Part shown: positions 8,011 through 16,911 of the stretch, piece after piece
How positions within the stretch are numbered: the first letter of the stretch is position 1
Layout of the letters: each line of letters begins with the position of its first letter
Assembly (NCBI GenBank): GCA_016700375.1
Contig: CP065016.1
Location: 480,001-512,000 of the forward strand
Reading direction: 5' to 3'
Source: Candidatus Saccharimonadota bacterium
Lineage (GTDB): Bacteria > Patescibacteriota > Saccharimonadia > Saccharimonadales > UBA4665
DNA: 32,000 nt
The notes under the pieces: model-generated
The model's database searches: none
What the model saw: the letters and a program-made list of their open reading frames with translations, nothing else
What the model was told of the DNA's origin: nothing
Position numbers and translations under genes: made by a program

Positions 8011-8755
8011 TACTCTTCCTCTGCATTAAATTATTGACAAAATCATTTATATCCTTCTCCTGGGCCAAGACTGCCTTCTGAAGTGTTTCAAGATGATTAA
8101 TTTTTTTTATGCCTAATTTTTTCTGTAAGTATATGTAATAGCTCATAGCAAGTACGATAAGGATTATAAACATGCTGTATATATTAATTGAAAATTCATT
8201 TCCTATAGGTCGAGCAATGAACGTTATACCTACCAGCAGTAGTGCAATAGCTACATCGCTTGAAATATCTGTCCTTGCTAGTACTTGGTTACTAGAATAA
8301 TTGTTCGTTACGTTTGAAGCATCTTTACGAGTTAGCTTGTTGTAGGTGGTGAAGTATTCTATATCACTAGTCAGTAAAGCTTTTGTGAGCATATTTCTAT
8401 AACTTATTATGATTTTTTGTTCTCTTAACCCAAAGATTTGTGCGTTCAAGTCATTACTTTCAGCAGTACTTTTCATCCGAATAAGTAAATATATGGCATT
8501 AAAAATCAGAATTATGCTCCCGCATCCGAGAAATGCTACGTTCTCTTTTGAAATATTTTGCACGGCTAATAGTAGTGGTACTACAGCCGCCCCGAGCGTA
8601 AGAGATAAAGATATTAAGGTTTGAGAAAGTGAAATTGTAATACTAATAGAGTGATTTATTTTATCTTGACGCTCTGAATCAAGTTTATTGTAGAGTTCAT
8701 TTAATGACTCTCGTTGAACTTTAATACTATCTTCTATGTTTTTTTCAATCGCCAT
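7964..8755 (-). CDS. Hypothetical membrane protein with four predicted TM helices and charged N- and C-terminal helical segments
   Basis: ATG 8755 comes immediately after the glyQS stop. Hydrophobic stretches are ISLSLTLGAAVVPLLLAV, FLGCGSIILIFNAIYLLI, VAIALLLVGITFIA and IYSMFIILIVLAMSYYIYL. The gene is very AT-rich and overlaps the next gene by 47 nt. Confidence 0.6.
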   Translation of the reverse strand: MAIEKNIEDSIKVQRESLNELYNKLDSERQDKINHSISITISLSQTLISLSLTLGAAVVPLLLAVQNISKENVAFLGCGSIILIFNAIYLLIRMKSTAESNDLNAQIFGLREQKIIISYRNMLTKALLTSDIEYFTTYNKLTRKDASNVTNNYSSNQVLARTDISSDVAIALLLVGITFIARPIGNEFSINIYSMFIILIVLAMSYYIYLQKKLGIKKINHLETLQKAVLAQEKDINDFVNNLMQRKSNGNRTPKSAARKKAS

Positions 8756-8758
8756 CAA

Positions 8759-10087
8759 TTACCTTTTAGGGATATGTAATATTTCACAAAGACATTCAAT
8801 ATCTTCACGTTGTTGTTCGGTAGTGTCGCGGGAGCGGACGGTTACGGTGTCTTTGGTATCGCCCTCTAGGCTGTCGAAGTCTACCGTTACTACGTATGGC
8901 ACGCCTATTTCGTCCATTTTGCGGTAGTTTTTGCCTATGTTTCCGCTGTCTATCCAGAGCACGGCGCCAATCTCTTTCTTGAGCATGGCGTAAACCTCGC
9001 GGGCTTTAGCGACAAGTTCGGGGTTATTCTTTGCCAGTGGGCACACCGCTACCTTTACTGGGGCGAGTTCGTAGGGGAGTTTCAGCACCACACGGTCGTT
9101 TTCGGCGTCATGCCAGTAGGCGCTGCATAGCACCGCCATAACGGCGCGTTCCACGCCGAAGCTTGGTTCTATAACGTGCGGCACATAGGCTGCGCCGCCG
9201 TCTTTTGGCCGGTATTCCATACTCTTTTTTGACGCGTTCTGTATGTTATACAGGTCAAAGTCGGTGCGGTACGCGAGGCCCATTAACTCCTCACGGCCTA
9301 TGGGGTAGTCAAACTCAAAGTCTATAGTGCGATTGCTGTAGTGGGCGCGGTCGGCCTCTGGCACTTCCAGCTCATGCACGCTGCCCTCTGGCAAACCAAG
9401 TGCCGCAAACCATGCCTTGCACTGCGCTACCCAGTGGCTGAAGCTTTCTTCCCACTTTTCTGGATGTACAAAATATTCTATTTCCATTTGCTCGAACTCG
9501 CGGCTGCGGAAGACAAAGTCGCGCGGTGAGATTTCGTTACGAAACGCCTTGCCCTGCTGTGCTATACCAAATGGCACATCTGGGTACAGCGTATCGACCA
9601 CGTTCTTAAAATTCGTAAAAATCCCCTGCGCCGTCTCCGGCCGCAAGTACGATACCGACGCGTCATCATCCACCGGCCCGACGTTGGTTTTGAACATCAT
9701 ATTAAACGCACGGGCTTCACCAAACGTATTTTTTTGTCCGCACGTGGGGCACGTATCTGACTTATCGAGTTTGTCGGCGCGAAAGCGACCTTTGCAGTTA
9801 GCACACTCTACGAGAGGGTCGGTAAAGGTATCGACATGGCCGCTGGCCTGCCATACTTTTTGGTTCATGAGTATAGCGGCGTCTACACCGTGCATGTCAT
9901 CGCGGCCCTCAACAAACATCTTCCACCACAGGTTCATAATGTTCTTTTTTAGTGCCACACCCAGCGGCCCATAATCCCACGTGCCGGCCAAACCACCGTA
10001 CACGTCACTACCTGGGAATATAAACCCACGCCGTTTACACAAACTCACAATATCTTCGAGCTTCACCTCATATGTTTTTTCACTCAT
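8759..10087 (-). CDS. glyQS: Glycine--tRNA ligase (homodimeric class II GlyQS type)
   Basis: 442 aa from ATG 10087 (the track begins at a TTG two codons earlier). N-terminus ...IVSLCKRRGFIFPGSDVYGGLAGTWDYGPLG, the class II motifs, and a C-terminal anticodon-binding region are present. Confidence 0.95.
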   Translation of the reverse strand: MSEKTYEVKLEDIVSLCKRRGFIFPGSDVYGGLAGTWDYGPLGVALKKNIMNLWWKMFVEGRDDMHGVDAAILMNQKVWQASGHVDTFTDPLVECANCKGRFRADKLDKSDTCPTCGQKNTFGEARAFNMMFKTNVGPVDDDASVSYLRPETAQGIFTNFKNVVDTLYPDVPFGIAQQGKAFRNEISPRDFVFRSREFEQMEIEYFVHPEKWEESFSHWVAQCKAWFAALGLPEGSVHELEVPEADRAHYSNRTIDFEFDYPIGREELMGLAYRTDFDLYNIQNASKKSMEYRPKDGGAAYVPHVIEPSFGVERAVMAVLCSAYWHDAENDRVVLKLPYELAPVKVAVCPLAKNNPELVAKAREVYAMLKKEIGAVLWIDSGNIGKNYRKMDEIGVPYVVTVDFDSLEGDTKDTVTVRSRDTTEQQREDIECLCEILHIPKR

Positions 10088-10128
10088 ATACAACTATTAT
10101 AAACCATCGACGGCGAAATGGCTCCCCG

Positions 10129-10836
10129 TTACTGGGCCGCCGATAAGATTGGCTGGTCAAGTCGCATGGGTGAGATAATTTGCTCGGCAAAATGACCAAA
10201 GGCTGTTGGCCTTTCTTTGCCTTCGGGCAGTGCGTGCAGGCCGACATATAGCGCCTCTCCTCCTCGAATATCTGGCGGAAAACCACCAAAGAATAACGCC
10301 TGATAACCAACTCGAGCCGCCACTGTAGGCGTCGGGGGCGCATTGGTTTGTATTTCGAGTAATGCAAATCTAATATTTGCTTCAGTAAGCCTTCCTAGTC
10401 CTTTGGATGATACATTTGCGGCGCGACCACCTAGCTTGTCCTCGTCTAGAACAACATGCTGGATAGCTCCAATTCTTTCGCATAACACAAAGGCCCCCAA
10501 ACTATACCACTCAAGCTCCTTTCCTTTTGCAGTGATACGAAACGCGACAGGGACTCCCCCCGGGGGCAACACGTCTCGTTTTCTAGCTACAATTTCCACA
10601 GACTCGGGAGACACATGCTTCTGCGCGTCACAAACCATCGAAAACAATTGACGATATGTTCCCGACCGCATTGTTTCTAGTACCGTATCATACTCTAGGG
10701 GCAGGTACAGACGCTCCAGAACTGGAATGTTGCGTCTATCTTGCCTAACAAACAGTGCTTCTGCTTCGCAATTCGGTATATTACTCAGTAGCCAGTCTGG
10801 TGTAATCGCCTCTACGTTGTCCGTCATACGACTCAT
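10129..10836 (-). CDS. Hypothetical protein (235 aa), no motif recognised
   Basis: Long clean ORF in the same orientation as its neighbours, with host-like composition. No TM segment or signal peptide is seen. Confidence 0.55.
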   Translation of the reverse strand: MSRMTDNVEAITPDWLLSNIPNCEAEALFVRQDRRNIPVLERLYLPLEYDTVLETMRSGTYRQLFSMVCDAQKHVSPESVEIVARKRDVLPPGGVPVAFRITAKGKELEWYSLGAFVLCERIGAIQHVVLDEDKLGGRAANVSSKGLGRLTEANIRFALLEIQTNAPPTPTVAARVGYQALFFGGFPPDIRGGEALYVGLHALPEGKERPTAFGHFAEQIISPMRLDQPILSAAQ

Positions 10837-10882
10837 GCCACCACACTACACTCGAGGGTTAATCAGTGCAAGCAGCAGCGTT

Positions 10883-11575
10883 TTAGGTATGGAGGTGAAG
10901 CTGGCGGAGAGTTTGGACGAGTGGGGCGCACCGTAGGGCGAGCTGGTCACCGCCCTGCACAGCGGCAACCACTGACGCTCGGTTGGCGCTGAACAGCAGC
11001 CGCATGAATTTTATTTCGTTCGCGCCAAAGGCAGCGTCATCACGGGGTGTAAAAGCCGTGCTGTCGTAGTCGAATTCGTAGCGTTTTTCTGCACTCAGCT
11101 TCGCTCCGGTGGTCTCAGTCAGCAAGTTTGGTGTGTGGCCTGCCAGCCGAAGGAGCTGGGCGCTAAACCAAACCCGGATGAAATCAACAGAGACAGTTTG
11201 GTCATCCAGGACGAAAAAGGTTTGCTCTAGCAGCTCATAATAGGCGGTTTCGGGCTGGTCTTCGGTGACTTTGTCGAGCAACTTTATGAGTTCGTAAGCC
11301 AGCATGGTACGGTCTATGTTTTGTACAATCTGGCCGTAGTGGCGAATGAGCCGCGATGAAACGAGTGTGTCCAGACTACCCTTCCCCACAATGTAGTTGA
11401 TTTCACTGGTACTCAGTAGTTCTATGCCACCAGCGAGTTTGCTCTTTACCCGGCGAGCTCCCTTTGCCATAAGGCTGAGCTTTCCGGCATCTGGAGTGAG
11501 CACCGTTACAATACGGTCAGCCTCGCCATAATCTATGCGTTTCAGTACAATTGCAATCGTTTTTTTATGGTTCAT
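10883..11575 (-). CDS. recO: DNA repair protein RecO
   Basis: 230 aa. N-terminal AIVLKRIDYGEADRIVTVLTPDAGKLSLMAKGARRVKSKLAGGIELLS is the RecO OB-fold signature. ATGA overlap with the upstream gene. Confidence 0.9.
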   Translation of the reverse strand: MNHKKTIAIVLKRIDYGEADRIVTVLTPDAGKLSLMAKGARRVKSKLAGGIELLSTSEINYIVGKGSLDTLVSSRLIRHYGQIVQNIDRTMLAYELIKLLDKVTEDQPETAYYELLEQTFFVLDDQTVSVDFIRVWFSAQLLRLAGHTPNLLTETTGAKLSAEKRYEFDYDSTAFTPRDDAAFGANEIKFMRLLFSANRASVVAAVQGGDQLALRCAPLVQTLRQLHLHT

Positions 11576-11952
11576 GGTTTTGACTGTCCCGCGCTTGCGA
11601 CAGCTTCACACAGATTTTTCAGTGTTAACTGTGACCGTATGAGTACCTGTTGCACACCAAGCTCGCGGCGCAAACTACCATGGTCGGCCATATCGTGGTT
11701 TAGGCGTGAAACTAGCGCTATAACCGGGACGTCGCGCCATTCGGTGTAGCTTTTGAATTCATAGAGGAACTCGACTCCATTGTGCCGCGCCATTCCAAGT
11801 GCCAGTACGACAACATCCGGCTGCTCGGCATCGGCAGCGGCAACCGCTTGCTGTGCCGTAACAGCGCGAGAGACACGGTGCCCCTCTGTGCGCAGAGCCG
11901 CCTCGTAGGTTTTGGCGAGCAACGCATCTGGTTCTATGAGTAGTACATGCAT
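11572..11952 (-). CDS. Single-domain receiver-like protein lacking the phospho-acceptor aspartate (pseudo-receiver)
   Basis: 126 aa from ATG 11952. It aligns by eye with the canonical receiver at 22038-22430 (LLIEPDALLAKTY...PDVVVLALGM vs LLVEDDDALASTY...PNLVVLDAMM). The acidic pair is EP and the D57-equivalent is Ala. Confidence 0.8.
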   Translation of the reverse strand: MHVLLIEPDALLAKTYEAALRTEGHRVSRAVTAQQAVAAADAEQPDVVVLALGMARHNGVEFLYEFKSYTEWRDVPVIALVSRLNHDMADHGSLRRELGVQQVLIRSQLTLKNLCEAVASAGQSKP

Positions 11953-11954
11953 GG

Positions 11955-12683
11955 CTATACCAGCTGTAGCTGCCGACAAGCCGGTAGCGTTGCCGCTAGT
12001 CCAGAGGCGTTATGAAACCGCGCTACGTGCAAATGAGCCGACACTGCCGAAAGTAAACTATCTGCAATAAAAACACCTGTCGCCGGACCACTCACAAGCT
12101 CCCCATACGGCTGTTGCACCCAGCCACCCAGCCGACGTGCTCGCCGCAGCGCCTGAGTCGTCAGCTGAACGCCCTGCCCATACCACCCTGCCACAATCCC
12201 ATGCCCGCTCTTGTGGGCACCAAGCTGGATTATTTTGGTGTCAGCGTCGCTTTCGGACTGTGCAGCTATAAAGACATGTCCAAGACTAAGGAGTGCCGAC
12301 TGCAATATAGCCCGGTCGGTAATAACAGGCTGCAACCGAGCGGGCACATCCAGCTCAAGACTAACTTGCAGCTGTTTCGCATAGGGTTCAAGCAAGTGAA
12401 GCGTGTCATACAGGAGACTCGTCACCGCCACCGCTTCAAACTCCGGCTCTGCCGTACCGCCTTGCAGTCGCATCGTAAGCGTATAACCCTCAAGGAGTTG
12501 TAGCGACGCTCGACTCACATCGTGAACGGCCTGCCAGTGCTCGGCCTGTGCAGCACCAGGGGCCAATTGCGCCTGTTCGCTGAGGAGCGCAAGCTGAAGC
12601 ATGGTGTTATTTATGCCATCGGCTAGGCTTACAAAAAGCTTTTCCTGTTCACTAAACTCATTCGTCCGATGATTTCGCTGCAC
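11955..12683 (-). CDS. Soluble histidine-kinase-like protein with degenerate catalytic motifs
   Basis: About 242 aa from GTG 12683 (GAGGGT 5 nt upstream). There is an H-box-like AVHDVSRASLQLLEGY. The C-terminal half has a kinase-like layout (ITDRAILQSALLSLGHVF, GHGIVAGW, GPATGVFIADSLL), but I cannot see an N-box Asn or a DxGxG. No TM segments. Confidence 0.6.
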   Translation of the reverse strand: MQRNHRTNEFSEQEKLFVSLADGINNTMLQLALLSEQAQLAPGAAQAEHWQAVHDVSRASLQLLEGYTLTMRLQGGTAEPEFEAVAVTSLLYDTLHLLEPYAKQLQVSLELDVPARLQPVITDRAILQSALLSLGHVFIAAQSESDADTKIIQLGAHKSGHGIVAGWYGQGVQLTTQALRRARRLGGWVQQPYGELVSGPATGVFIADSLLSAVSAHLHVARFHNASGLAATLPACRQLQLV

Positions 12684-12757
12684 CAATTACCCTCAGTTAC
12701 GCTACAGTATCGTCTATACAGTATAGCCGAGCGCACCGAGCGTGAATATTGTGAAAA

Positions 12758-13441
12758 TTATGGTGAAAAACTGGCGTTCGGCAAAATGATGTTATTAAAG
12801 TCAGATATAAACTGGTTCGACTCAATCCATAACTTGAGTGTCTTATCCCGTACCGGCAACACTACCATACTACCCTGCTTTGTAGGTGTAAGCTGGCCAT
12901 CAATACGTACGCCAACTTGGTTTGGTGTTTTTGGCAGGGCGAATGGAGCAACTGTTACCTTACCCTGTTTTTGCAAGCCCTGAAACTGTGTCAGTGTCTG
13001 GCTGTATGTACTGGAAACAATCTGAACCCGAAGCGCAAAAACCGATTTTGGGTCGCTTGCCGATGGAACAAAGTCCGGATTAAAGTACGCGTCTAGCGGC
13101 TGGCCACCCGCTGCGGTTACCACGTAGGCACTCCATGTTTTCGGATAGTTAATTTGCACGCTCCCAAACGCCTCTGGCCCTGTGTACGGTTTGAGGGGTT
13201 GTTTTGAAACCTCGGCAAACTCGGCAGCGTCTTTCAACTGCACCTCTTTCGTATTTTTTGCGACTGCAACCTTTATTTTGGCATCGACGTTCTTTTTATA
13301 GTCTTGGCGACCCATATAGGCCCATACGCCAAAGCCCAGAGCGGCTACAAGAAAAAGGCTCAATAAGACTACTAATACAATGCCAGCAACTGACCCCCGT
13401 TCATTTTTCATCGTATTCATACTGCTCATGGTAACGCACAT
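12758..13441 (-). CDS. Membrane-anchored hypothetical protein (one N-terminal TM helix, extracytoplasmic domain)
   Basis: 227-aa ORF with hydrophobic segment VAGIVLVVLLSLFLVAALGFGVWAY. Start choice among four ATGs (13441-13411) is unresolved. Confidence 0.6.
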   Translation of the reverse strand: MCVTMSSMNTMKNERGSVAGIVLVVLLSLFLVAALGFGVWAYMGRQDYKKNVDAKIKVAVAKNTKEVQLKDAAEFAEVSKQPLKPYTGPEAFGSVQINYPKTWSAYVVTAAGGQPLDAYFNPDFVPSASDPKSVFALRVQIVSSTYSQTLTQFQGLQKQGKVTVAPFALPKTPNQVGVRIDGQLTPTKQGSMVVLPVRDKTLKLWIESNQFISDFNNIILPNASFSP

Positions 13442-13461
13442 ATGACCTCACATGCAAGACG

Positions 13462-13941
13462 CTAGCGGTATACGTACAGAAATACGCCGGCTTTCTCGGC
13501 GTCTGCCGTGCGGTTTGGAATACGAAATGTCACACTAGCGAGGGGTTTTTTATACAGGCGCATCCGAGTATCGAGCTTAGCCATGTACGAGTCCAGCAAA
13601 AATACATACACTGCGTCGGCCTTGGGCCACGACATACGCCAGTAGTTTCCCCACCGGACCTGCACCGCGCCCTTATATTTGCGTGTGCGCGCCCAAGCAA
13701 CCAGTGCCAGAATGGGGTTTAGCTCTATACCAACCGCTTTGTAACCCGCTTCGGCGGCGGCGGCCAATACCTTGCCGTCACCACAGCCGAGTTCCAGCAG
13801 TGTTTGCCCCGGCTTTAGCTCAAGCAGCGCAAATGCAGCTTGTATTTGCGGCCGCAGCGTCGGTAAGTAAGGCGCACCGAAAAAAATAACCGCTGCAAAG
13901 GCACCAAGACACAACAAAACAAGTACCAGCAACCACTCCAC
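13462..13941 (-). CDS. Class I SAM-dependent methyltransferase with an N-terminal TM helix
   Basis: Motif I LLELGCGDGKV is followed by the acidic-loop GIELNP. N-terminal hydrophobic helix WLLVLVLLCLGAFAAVIFF. Confidence 0.75.
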   Translation of the reverse strand: MEWLLVLVLLCLGAFAAVIFFGAPYLPTLRPQIQAAFALLELKPGQTLLELGCGDGKVLAAAAEAGYKAVGIELNPILALVAWARTRKYKGAVQVRWGNYWRMSWPKADAVYVFLLDSYMAKLDTRMRLYKKPLASVTFRIPNRTADAEKAGVFLYVYR

Positions 13942-13943
13942 TA

Positions 13944-14144
13944 CTACGCCTTACTGAGGTGCTTTTTCACCTCATTTTCAGCGTGCCGTAAATAGTCTTC
14001 TATCTCTACTATGAGTTTTTTGCCAGCTTCGTGAAGCCGAAGCGCTTCGTCAAGTTGAATGTCTTCTGCCTGCAAATGCGCCAGCACACCTTCGAGCTCT
14101 TCGGTCTTGGCTGCGTAGTCAAATTGGGTACTATTTTTATTCAT
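13944..14144 (-). CDS. xseB: Exodeoxyribonuclease VII small subunit
   Basis: 66-aa helical protein, ...EELEGVLAHLQAEDIQLDEALRLHEAGKKLI..., immediately downstream of xseA. Confidence 0.9.
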   Translation of the reverse strand: MNKNSTQFDYAAKTEELEGVLAHLQAEDIQLDEALRLHEAGKKLIVEIEDYLRHAENEVKKHLSKA

Positions 14145-14146
14145 AA

Positions 14147-15295
14147 TTACTCCTTGTTAGTATGTACTGCTTTCACCTGGGATGCTACTTTTCCATCTAT
14201 AAACTTCACTTCAATGTCACTTCCCGGCCGTAGCTGGCCGGCACGAGTTACCGTTTTTCCGGCAGGTGTTTGCACGAGTGCATAGCCTTGGCCGAGTGGC
14301 CGAACCGGGTCATAGGCAGCTAACAGCGTCCGGGCGGTCGTGAGTCGTTGCCGCGCAAGCTGAGCAACTTGGCGAAGCTCCTCGTCGAGTCTTTCAGTCA
14401 GCATAACCAAACCAGTGCGGCGGCGCATAATGCTCACCATAAGCTGTTCATCGAGTCGCCGTAGGTAAGCTCGCAGGTGTCGTAGCTCTTCCTTTCTGTC
14501 GGGTAGCAGTAATTCTGCGGCATTACTCGGTGTACTGGCACGGCGGTCAGCCGCGAGCTCGGCAAGAGAAACGTCTATTTCGTGGCCAATGGCAACAAGT
14601 GTTGGCACACGGCTCCCTGCCACCGCCCGCACAACCTGCTCATCGCTCCACGCCGCCAAGTCATCGGCGCTGCCACCACCGCGAACCATCACTACTACAT
14701 CTGGTGCTGCATCTGATTCGTTGACACGTTTGAGTGCTGCAACAATTTCTTCTGGGGCTTGCTCGCCCTGCACAAGCACATTGTGGTGGGTAATGTGCAG
14801 CCCGCCCCAGCGAGCATTCGAAATCTTCATAAAGTCTGCGTAAGCCGCCGAATCTCCTGCGGTAATAAGCGCGATTCGACGCGGAGGGTACGGCAGCGGG
14901 CGCTTGCGGCTTTGGTCAAACAAACCTTCAGCCTCTAGCTTCGCGGCTAGCAAATCTGCTGCCCGCCTAAGTGCTCCCGCACCAACCGGCACAATAGACT
15001 GAACCTGAAAACTAAAGTTATAGAGCGGATGCAGCCGCGGTGAGCCCGCCACGCGCACCACTATGCCATCTTCGAGCGGCCCGGGCAGCGCGTATACCGT
15101 TGCAAAACACTTTAGGCTCGCCGTTTCGTCTTTGAGGTCAAAGTAGACCCACTTATTTTTACTCACGTGGAAGTTACTCAATTCCCCTTCTATCCCTACA
15201 AATGGATATGCAAAATCAAGCGTTTGGTTCAGCGCCACCACAAAATCACTAACAGAAAAAGCAGGATTAACCATTTGCCTGTCACCTGTCACCAT
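14147..15295 (-). CDS. xseA: Exodeoxyribonuclease VII large subunit
   Basis: FSVSDFVVALNQTL...GELSNFHVSKNKWVYFDLKDETASLKC forms the OB-fold N-terminus, followed by the VVVMVRGGGS and IGHEIDVSL catalytic-domain blocks. An alternative ATG is at 15274. Confidence 0.9.
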   Translation of the reverse strand: MVTGDRQMVNPAFSVSDFVVALNQTLDFAYPFVGIEGELSNFHVSKNKWVYFDLKDETASLKCFATVYALPGPLEDGIVVRVAGSPRLHPLYNFSFQVQSIVPVGAGALRRAADLLAAKLEAEGLFDQSRKRPLPYPPRRIALITAGDSAAYADFMKISNARWGGLHITHHNVLVQGEQAPEEIVAALKRVNESDAAPDVVVMVRGGGSADDLAAWSDEQVVRAVAGSRVPTLVAIGHEIDVSLAELAADRRASTPSNAAELLLPDRKEELRHLRAYLRRLDEQLMVSIMRRRTGLVMLTERLDEELRQVAQLARQRLTTARTLLAAYDPVRPLGQGYALVQTPAGKTVTRAGQLRPGSDIEVKFIDGKVASQVKAVHTNKE

Positions 15296-15382
15296 GCATT
15301 ACCAATTATCATGTCACCATTATAAGCGCATCATCGCTACAGGATAAATGATAATCCAATGTAACACGTCACACGTGACATG

Positions 15383-16444
15383 TTAATCTGGTTTCACTTC
15401 AACTGAAGGTGGTTCTTTTTGGCCTAAATGCTCATGGTAGAAGTATGCGCCCGGTATAAGCTGAACGGTCATGGCAAGCATACGGTACATGATGGTCACG
15501 GGCAGACTTAACCGAGATGGTATACCAGTTGCCGAAAGCGTCAGCGTCATCAGCCCTTCGTATACTCCTATCCCACCGGGTAAAACGCTGAATAGCCCTG
15601 CAAGATTTGCTACCGCGTAGGCCAAAATAACCGACCCTATGTTCACCCATTCACCAAACGCTACATAGACGACATATATCGTTGAAACCTCCCAGAAACT
15701 AGCCAGCATAGCCCACATAAGTGGCCGTTTGAGTTTACGCCAGTCGCGTGTCATCAGCATATAGTTCTCGTGCAGGTCGTCAAAAATATGGTGCACTCGA
15801 TCTATTCTAATTGCATCAGGATGTTTTGGACGTACAATCTTAATAATACGGTTTAGAAGGCTCGTCATATAAGCAAAAAAGCCGGTTATACGACTTTTGC
15901 TACTAATAATAAAACCCATACCCAGTGTCGCTATAACTACTACCGTGGCAATTGTACCTGCCATGAGAAGTATGAGGCTACTTATGTGCCCTTGAATCGC
16001 TAATGCAAGCACCCCCATAACAATGAGTCCTTCAAAACTAAGGAAGTACAGAATAAGCTTAAAAAGCTGCACGGCCGAAGCCTTCGGCCCAGTAATATCA
16101 TCACCCTTCATACGCGCGCCAAAGTACGAGATGCCACTGACCCCGGCACTGGGAAATACCGTGTTCACGTAATTCAGGGCTAGTGCACTTTTGTACAGTT
16201 CCCTGTACGGTATTTTGTTGCCTACTATGAGAAAGAGGTCACGGTATAACCTGGTCTGCGCATCGTAGTTAAGTGCCTGTATGAGTGGGATGAGCAGCAG
16301 CGCCCATATGTGCACCTTAAACAGATTCTCAAACGTTGTCTTGAACTGCCCACGAATCGCCACCACCAATATAATGAGCGCCAACACCGTTACGAGGTTG
16401 AGTAACAGTTTCCAGTTACGCCGAAAAAACGAAGGCTCTGCCAT
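15383..16444 (-). CDS. Flippase-like / lysylphosphatidylglycerol-synthase TM-region family membrane protein (UPF0104)
   Basis: 353-aa polytopic membrane protein. The C-terminal LPGGIGVYEGLM motif is typical of the LPG_synthase_TM family. TATACT lies 8 nt upstream of the ATG. Confidence 0.75.
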   Translation of the reverse strand: MAEPSFFRRNWKLLLNLVTVLALIILVVAIRGQFKTTFENLFKVHIWALLLIPLIQALNYDAQTRLYRDLFLIVGNKIPYRELYKSALALNYVNTVFPSAGVSGISYFGARMKGDDITGPKASAVQLFKLILYFLSFEGLIVMGVLALAIQGHISSLILLMAGTIATVVVIATLGMGFIISSKSRITGFFAYMTSLLNRIIKIVRPKHPDAIRIDRVHHIFDDLHENYMLMTRDWRKLKRPLMWAMLASFWEVSTIYVVYVAFGEWVNIGSVILAYAVANLAGLFSVLPGGIGVYEGLMTLTLSATGIPSRLSLPVTIMYRMLAMTVQLIPGAYFYHEHLGQKEPPSVEVKPD

Positions 16445-16478
16445 AGATATGTAGTATAAGCCTCTAACCCACTCAGCG

Positions 16479-16742
16479 CTACTTATACAATTGGCTGTGA
16501 GTGCCCACGGCTACAAAATATGCCACGGTGTTATCATCGACCAGTTCAAAATGCAACCGTAAGTCTCCGCCAGCGCTAATCGACCAGCATCCTCGCCATT
16601 CGCCACTCAGGGCGTGCGGCCTGAGTGAAGCGGCATCAGGATTTTTAAGATACAACGCAACGGCCGCCATTACTTTTGCGCGTTTTTTCAGCGAAAGTTT
16701 TGCAAACTGTTTGTCAAAGTCACGGTGAAATTGTACCTGCAT
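16479..16742 (-). CDS. RelE/YafQ-family type II toxin (mRNA interferase)
   Basis: 87 aa. ...RPHALSGEWRGCWSISAGGDLRLHFELVDDNTVAYFVAVGTHSQLYK matches the RelE/YafQ C-terminal pattern. Confidence 0.85.
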   Translation of the reverse strand: MQVQFHRDFDKQFAKLSLKKRAKVMAAVALYLKNPDAASLRPHALSGEWRGCWSISAGGDLRLHFELVDDNTVAYFVAVGTHSQLYK

Positions 16743-16762
16743 AGCGTAAAGAGATTATAACC

Positions 16763-16911
16763 TGAATCACGAAACTAAAAACACCGTAACCTGTCATCTT
16801 GAGCGAAGCAAAGCGAAGTCGAAAGATCTTCTTCTCGCCTGTTAACTACAAGTACAACAACGAGATTCCTCGACTTCGCTCGGAATGACAGGGGTAGAGT
16901 TTCGTGATTCA
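16763..16911. repeat. About 150-bp imperfect palindrome (MITE/REP-like hairpin element) filling the relB-relE intercistronic gap
   Basis: Outer arms TGAATCACGAAACT (16763-16776) and AGTTTCGTGATTCA (16898-16911) are perfectly complementary. Inner arms are CCTGTCAT (16790-16797) / ATGACAGG (16885-16892), and GCGAAGTCGAAAGATCT (16813-16829) / AGATTCCTCGACTTCGC (16863-16879, 3 mismatches). The left arm carries an extra AGCGAAG copy. Confidence 0.75.

Noticed and set aside
15345-15382. Palindrome AACACGTCAC-ac-GTGACATGTT as a terminator of the flippase-like gene or an operator of xseA
   Set aside because: The stem (10 bp, 1 mismatch) has only a 2-nt loop and no flanking U-tract on the minus strand, so it is a poor intrinsic terminator. 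An operator role is possible, but nothing else in the window supports it.
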